Part shown: piece after piece, positions 36,701 through 42,051 of the stretch
Layout: each line of letters begins with the position of its first letter
How positions within the stretch are numbered: position 1 is the first letter of the stretch
Assembly: GCF_001949145.1 (NCBI RefSeq)
Contig: NW_019091357.1
Location: 2,626,589-2,668,639 of the forward strand
Reading direction: 5' to 3'
DNA: 42,051 nt
Origin: Acanthaster planci
Taxonomy: Eukaryota
Translations under genes and position numbers: made by a program
The notes under the pieces: generated by a model
The model's database searches: none
Seen by the model: the letters and a program-made list of their open reading frames with translations, nothing else
What the model was told of the DNA's origin: nothing

Positions 36701-37554
36701 TGACTTTTTTTTTTACTTTGATTTTGCAATTGCGTTATTCTTGCCACGGCCGAAGACTGGAAAAGATTCGAATCCCGTGTATTCATGCTTTAAGAATTCA
36801 CTGTGATGAAACATCAGTTATAATAACTGAAATGAATTAGCTATGGTTTGTAGTAGCAATTTTTATTCATAGACACCCCTCGCCCCCATACTCTAAATTC
36901 TAATCCCAAAAACAAGACCTTAGCCATCTGTTGCAGCCACAACAGCCATTCAGCTCCTGGGCAAATCGAGAAGTTAGCCAGTTATCCCAAAAGACGGCTA
37001 CGATGTAAATGGCACACAACACTGTGACTCATGTCGGTGAGCAATGCTTACTAATAACTGTTATGACAGACAATCTGGGACCGCTCAAAACACCGACTTA
37101 AATTAATTACGATCGACGGTGTCTTTCCAGCTGTGCCAAAGCTTCCTTGCGTCTGTCATTGTCATCTTTAGTGTACAGAGTCAATAAGAACAGAGACCAC
37201 CACCACCACCACCACCACCACNNNNNNNNNNNNNNNNNNNNNNNNNNNNNNNNNNNNNNNNNNNNNNNNNNNNNNNNNNNNNNNNNNNNNNNNNNNNNNN
37301 NNNNNNNNNNNNNNNNNNNNNNNNNNNNNNNNNNNNNNNNNNNNNNNNNNNNNNNNNNNNNNNNNNNNNNNNNNNNNNNNNNNNNNNNNNNNNNNNNNNN
37401 NNNNNNNNNNNNNNNNNNNNNNNNNNNNNNNNNNNNNNNNNNNNNNNNNNNNNNNNNNNNNNNNNNNNNNNNNNNNNNNNNNNNNNNNNNCACCACCACC
37501 ACCAACAACAACACCAACAACAGCAACAACAACAACAACAACACCAACAACACC

Positions 37555-37586
<32 letters not shown>

Positions 37587-38623
37587 CAACATGGAGATGA
37601 AAAATTATACGTGACATACATTGTTTACAATGGTATTGGAGCGCTTACATTAGTTATTTTTATTGTTACTTTGTTAATTTTTTTGTCGGGGGGGTGGTGG
37701 TTTCAACCCCCCGTATATGGGAATGCTTGTGCTGTTGAACCTTTGCCTATACCGGGTCATTGTTGCTGGTAAATGGCTCCTACGGGCTTTGTTAAATGAC
37801 TGACCGGTTCCTTCCCATATCCCGAGGAAATTAGCTTTCCGCTGAAAGACGAATGCTTAGAAGGAAAGGGGCTGGAAAAGGACACATAGGCTTAGGCCTA
37901 GACGGTCATTTCTTGGAAGTAAGTTTTATGGAATATAATTTGGAATTTAATTTCTGGCTTTTCCGCAAGTTGCGAAAAAAATCAATGTTTTGGGGGAGAT
38001 TTTTTTTCTTGTGAATAAGGAACAGTTCCACAGCAATAACATTACCAGTGTCGGGGACAACCTTTCTTTCCCGGTTTTGCGGCTTGCAGGTAGTAGGGAG
38101 TAAAATATAAGGCCAAAAGAGTAAGCATGTTCATTTGTTTCTGCAACGCCCTCAAAAGTTTCAGAAAACATTCACAGATACCAGGACTGTCCCGAACAAT
38201 GCCCCAGGAACCCTGTCGTCGTAGATCATGACATCTTCAGCTTTATTTAACCAAATTCGTGCATCGAGGACTTGCCATTGGTTTCTCGGTAAGTTTACTT
38301 CTTGTGCTAGAATTTGAACTTTCGGCAATGCCTCTCATTGGTTTCGTAAGTTTAAAGTTTTCACCCGAGGCCAGGTCAGCAAGCGAGGACCTTTCACCCA
38401 CAAATAGCTCCTCGATTCTGCATCCTCGATGGACGCGTATAAATAAACAAAAGGGCTGTCTTCAAGGAAGAAAAAGAGACAACATGGTAGACTTGAGGAA
38501 TGCAATGTCAGAGCAACTTACAGTCTGCCGGCCAACAAGAACCGACACGACGATTCCAGACGATATAGCCATGATCAACAGGGCCACCTCCGCTATTCCG
38601 AGAACGTAGTACAAGAGAGCCAT
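30779..38623 (-). CDS. TMEM179B: Transmembrane protein 179B-like (TMEM179 family, four TM helices), 206 aa
   Basis: Five exons with GT-AG borders and matching phases: 38623-38522 (MALLYYVLGIAEVALL..GRQT), 34635-34448 (ESFQGDCPL..LRC..), 33212-33072 (..VSHGLNALC..), 32509-32434 (CELFQQVNW..FYEDFSKAE), 30892-30779 (KSGWVSFLAW..TAA); 621 nt. The FxGxCPL, GxxxLC, C-x3-Q-x3-W, FY and AExxxW motifs match the TMEM179/179B family as I recall it. Confidence 0.88.
31420..31500. mobile_element. Deleted, degenerate family-1 MITE remnant
   Basis: caagattttgcaacgcattggc...caaactcttggaggcgcactgctgtgaaa matches family-1 arms. Confidence 0.6.
31501..32277. mobile_element. Non-autonomous DNA transposon (about 780 bp) with degenerate about 50-bp TIRs, TMEM179B intron 4
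   Basis: Left end cccatagatcctgaaagt..gcgcgcttccggaaccct vs reverse complement of right end cccaatagagcctgaaagt..gcgagcttctggaaccct; AT-rich non-coding interior. Confidence 0.65.
33765..33925 (+). mobile_element. tRNA-derived SINE-like relic
   Basis: Pol III B-box-like GGTTCGTATCC at 33830-33840 followed by a SINE-like body; no cloverleaf can be folded. Confidence 0.45.
34208..34357. mobile_element. MITE family 2 with AGAGTACCGAAGTG termini flanked by AT
   Basis: Perfect 16-bp inverted ends atagagtaccgaagtg / cacttcggtactctat. An inverted one-ended copy lies at about 8585-8697 and a terminal fragment at about 28910-28930. Confidence 0.8.
34732..34910. mobile_element. Palindromic MITE, family 1, in TMEM179B intron 1
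   Basis: acgggcgattcacaatagtgcgccac ... gtggcgcactcttgtgaaacggccgtatt; internal part is the reverse-oriented homolog of the 30323 copy. Confidence 0.8.
36113..36254. mobile_element. Palindromic MITE with CACTCTAAAAACAC termini and internal GGGTCA/TGACCC subrepeats
   Basis: cactctaaaaacacttggggtcagactgacccggaatc / gattccgggtcagtctgacccaggtgtttttagagcg. Confidence 0.8.
37197..37590. repeat. (CAC)n/(AAC)n trinucleotide microsatellite spanning a gap, TMEM179B intron 1
   Basis: Direct reading; gap at 37222-37490. Confidence 0.95.
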
Positions 38624-40467
38624 ATCTCGTCAAGGCCCGTCCCTTCTTAGGTTGGACAACCTGTGATGCGAAATCCGGTGCCTTCGCTCGTAGCCGCTCC
38701 CAACTTACAGAGGTGTCCAAAATGTGGGCATAAGACGATATATTTAGCCTGAGATCGTATGATGATCGTTGAGTAATCGACCCCAAAGATGCACAGGCAA
38801 GGAAACGCTATATTTATGGCGCTGAAAGCCTCAATAGGATCGACACCGATTGGAATTAGAGCCCTCTTGACGTCTGGTATCGATTCCATAAAGCTGTCAT
38901 GTTTTTATTCTACGAATGGTATTGCGTCCTATGCTTTTACAGCTGGGTTACGGTTAGCCGTTTTTCAATTTGGTCGCCTGGCCATGCCCATGTACGTCTG
39001 GCGAACAAAAACGCCAAAATTAAGTCCGAGGCGACAATCGATCCTCTACAGTTGACTCTCCGATATCGATACATTCGGCAGCGGGTTGCATGAGCGTAAG
39101 AAGGTTACAAGTGCAAGCGATTGTGCCCCCTTCTAACTGAGTTGTGAGTCATATCCCGGCGCAGCTCCCTGTGCAATGCCTAGCCTTGGACCTAGGGACA
39201 GCATTCGCCAATTTCCGGCGACTTCTTCACATGACCTCGAGGTCGATCCTTTAGGGTTTGGCTCATAGGTGCTGCGTAAGACGAGACAAGCATCTTTCTC
39301 TGTGGTTTCTATCAAGGTAAACTTCAGCGAAATATGTTCAACAGCAGCTGAGGGGAAAAGCGGGGTCGGTGGACAAGAGCGTAAAATGTGACCAACATAC
39401 CATTTTTTTGACTGAACATGCCGCCCTATAACCTTCCTGCTGACATTTTCCATCATCAACCCAACGCATCCCGTACGTAAGAGCTGATCGGTTGAAGAGC
39501 AGCGGGACAATACCTCTCATAAAAAGAACAAAAAAAATTCTTGAAATGTGTTAATGACAGTCAAGCAATTTGGGGGTACAATTTCATTTTCTTTCCTTCT
39601 GAATGCGTGTAAAATGTTTCCAAATTTATCCCCAGCTCCCTGGAAGGCCATAAAAGGTTACACACCCCAGTACTATACCCCCCATATAATTGGTTCTCCA
39701 ACCGTCCCTCATCCCTCGCTTGTGCAACCTCTCAAAAATAGTTTTCTTTCCTTGAATGAGAGGAATTTTCGAAACCTCAACTTCTTCAATGAACACACAC
39801 AAGAGGCAAAGGAGCGCACATTGTTACGGCATTACCGGGACTACATCGGAAAACTGCTGCTCTGGCCTGAGGCCTGGCCTATTACCGTGACATCCAAATA
39901 ACTCTGGGTAAGGCAGGGCCAGGATCTGTGGCCAGTGGGTTGGTCTTAGTTTGTAGGATGCGAAACGAGGGAAGAGGCAACTTTGAAAGTTGTTTGCCAT
40001 CGCTGAGTACGTTTTCGCCTCACACTTCTTCAACTTTTACGGTTGAAAAGTACACGGTAAAAAAGGTGAAGCCAACTAACCCACGAGTAAATTTTTGTCT
40101 GGAAAACATTACCCTGTCAACGACTAGACTGTGAATGTCTTTTGCGCATCACGTCCTACCAAAATTACGCGCTTATTTTTCTTCCATTCTTGAGACATCC
40201 TTGCTTATAACGGGTCCCTTATGCAACGTAATGTTTGACCAAGTTAACCTTTGCAACGAACTTGATTGTTTGAAGATGATTTTAGGGTATTTTGGGGGGG
40301 TGTGGAGAACAAAAAGTTGAGGTGGCTACCAAGTGTGAAAATGAGAAGAAAATCGTCCTATCTGTCATAATCTTGAAATTCCAGTGAAACACGCAAGATC
40401 ACGCTATTCCTTAGGGTAACCAGGCTGCTCTCCAAGTTTTGGGTGCAGTGCACTAACTCAAGATATC

Positions 40468-40730
40468 CAATTTGAAAAAGGACATTGTTTAGCCAGAAAA
40501 AAAAATGGAGGAATTGTGGAAATACAGACTAGGATCAACTCTCTAGGTTTCGGGGCTTCGATCCAAGGGCCGAGTCGATAACAGTACGGATGAAACACTG
40601 TCCCCAGTGGCCAGTACCCGAGAAAGAAGAAAAATGTGGCTAAGAGCAGGCTTGGAAACTATCACTTTTGGGGTGAGTTTGTATTGTGTTAAACAAGTAA
40701 AAATGTAGCTTTAAGAAACTCGCAAAAAGA
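40468..40730 (+). repeat. Dispersed about 280-bp repeat family, copy 3 (more diverged)
   Basis: tttgaaaaagga, aggatcaactc, cccgagaaag and tcacttttggggtgagtttgt shared with copies 1 and 2. Confidence 0.65.
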
Positions 40731-42051
40731 CCAGTGTGGTACGTGCAAATGTCGCATTCCCGGTAGCCCTGGTCAAAGCATTTGTCATCAGCCGCGCCGC
40801 GTTGCCTACCTCATGTACTCCACGCTGTGTGTACATAATACATGTGCATCTGCAGTGGAAAATCAGGCCGAACAGCGACCTCACGTCACGCAGCCAGCTT
40901 GATATGCAAATTAGCTGCGCCAGAAAGAACGCCTTGGTTTAACAGGTTTCCAAAAAAAAGGTTTGGGGCGGTGGCTCATTATGACAATACCCCAGCTTAC
41001 ATTCAAAAGACTCTATTTCATTGGGCGACGGTTAACCTCTACGTGGATTCTGCGTGCAACCACATGGCCATTACTTGGCCACGTGTGTGTAGACCCAACG
41101 CATTTCCTACCCTGCGTGCGGTGTAGAAATCATTCACGGTAGTTTAGGACTGTTCATGCACTACTTTTTAAAGTTTTCCCAGTTATTGACGTCTGGAACT
41201 GTCTTAATTTCGTAGTTTCGGCAAAATATGTGGTCAAGAACAGGGCTTAAACCTATACTCGACTTGGTTTTGAGTTTACCCGTGGCTTTAAACAGCGTGG
41301 AGTACAAACTATAAATTGACATCCAACTCTCACGAAAGACGTCACTAACCTGACACGTACACTACATTGCTGCTGGCTGTTCTGGACTGGACAGAAATCT
41401 TTAAGAAACTAATATTTTAACTGTTGGAATTCAAATAAAAATGGAGTATGGTAGGATGAACGACGCGGTCCAACCTTAGCCAAGCTTGGCCAGCATCATG
41501 TTTTGCTGAGGTAGTTGCATATTATGATGACACTGCATGTGTGATTGGACGATCCCCACATACGCCCGCCCACACTTATTTAGTATTCACATACGAGCCT
41601 GGCGTTAGAAATCTTGTGCAAAATAAAGAAAAACATACGCTTTCGGTCACGGTTGAGCCAAGGCCTCCGTCTGGATTCAGCTGATGTTGCCCGCGTGAGG
41701 TCGCTGTTCGCCTTAATTTTTCCACCGTACGTGTATTATGTAAACGATTGATTTGGATAGCGGTTCTGCTAATGATTCTTTTAATTTAAGAGATATTCTG
41801 CAAACCACCCAAGAAAAGACGCTTACGGTGGGCGTTAAACGAATCTATCACACATACACACTTATTTCGCACATAATTACATATACTAGTTTCACGCATT
41901 CATTTATTTATTAGAACTCTACTGTTTACGAAGAAAACCAAAAGTACTGTTGATTTACACTACAAAAAGCAGCAATATCCATCGTACACTATGCATTACA
42001 AAGTGATAATAATAATTACAAAATATGAACAAGACCATCATTTGAAATCGA

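Overview
Eukaryotic (animal) genomic DNA with spliceosomal GT-AG introns, many small transposon relics and four N-gaps; my guess from sequence style alone is an invertebrate deuterostome such as an echinoderm. I assembled four gene models by hand from splice sites and phases. Three are paralogous MCT10/MCT8-like SLC16 (MFS) transporter genes. Copy A shows only coding exon 1 (minus strand, 2233-2368). Copy B is intact (minus, 6 exons, 525 aa, 5062-11690). Copy C is divergently oriented (plus, 6 exons, 24385-28858) and carries two frameshifts, so it looks like a young pseudogene or null allele. The first frameshift is a 4-bp TA-CA-TA insertion that matches a Tc1/Tc3-type transposon excision footprint. 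A complete 5-exon TMEM179B-like four-TM gene (minus, 206 aa, 30779-38623) converges on copy C; the ORF track does not show its first or last coding exon. Non-coding space holds a decayed CR1/L2-type LINE, several palindromic MITE families, TTAA-flanked piggyBac-like mini-elements, tRNA-SINE-like relics and satellites. I found no convincing wholly new biological system. The most interesting signals are the divergent SLC16 cluster, its apparent transposon-footprint knockout, and candidate regulatory motifs, some carried by transposon-like elements.
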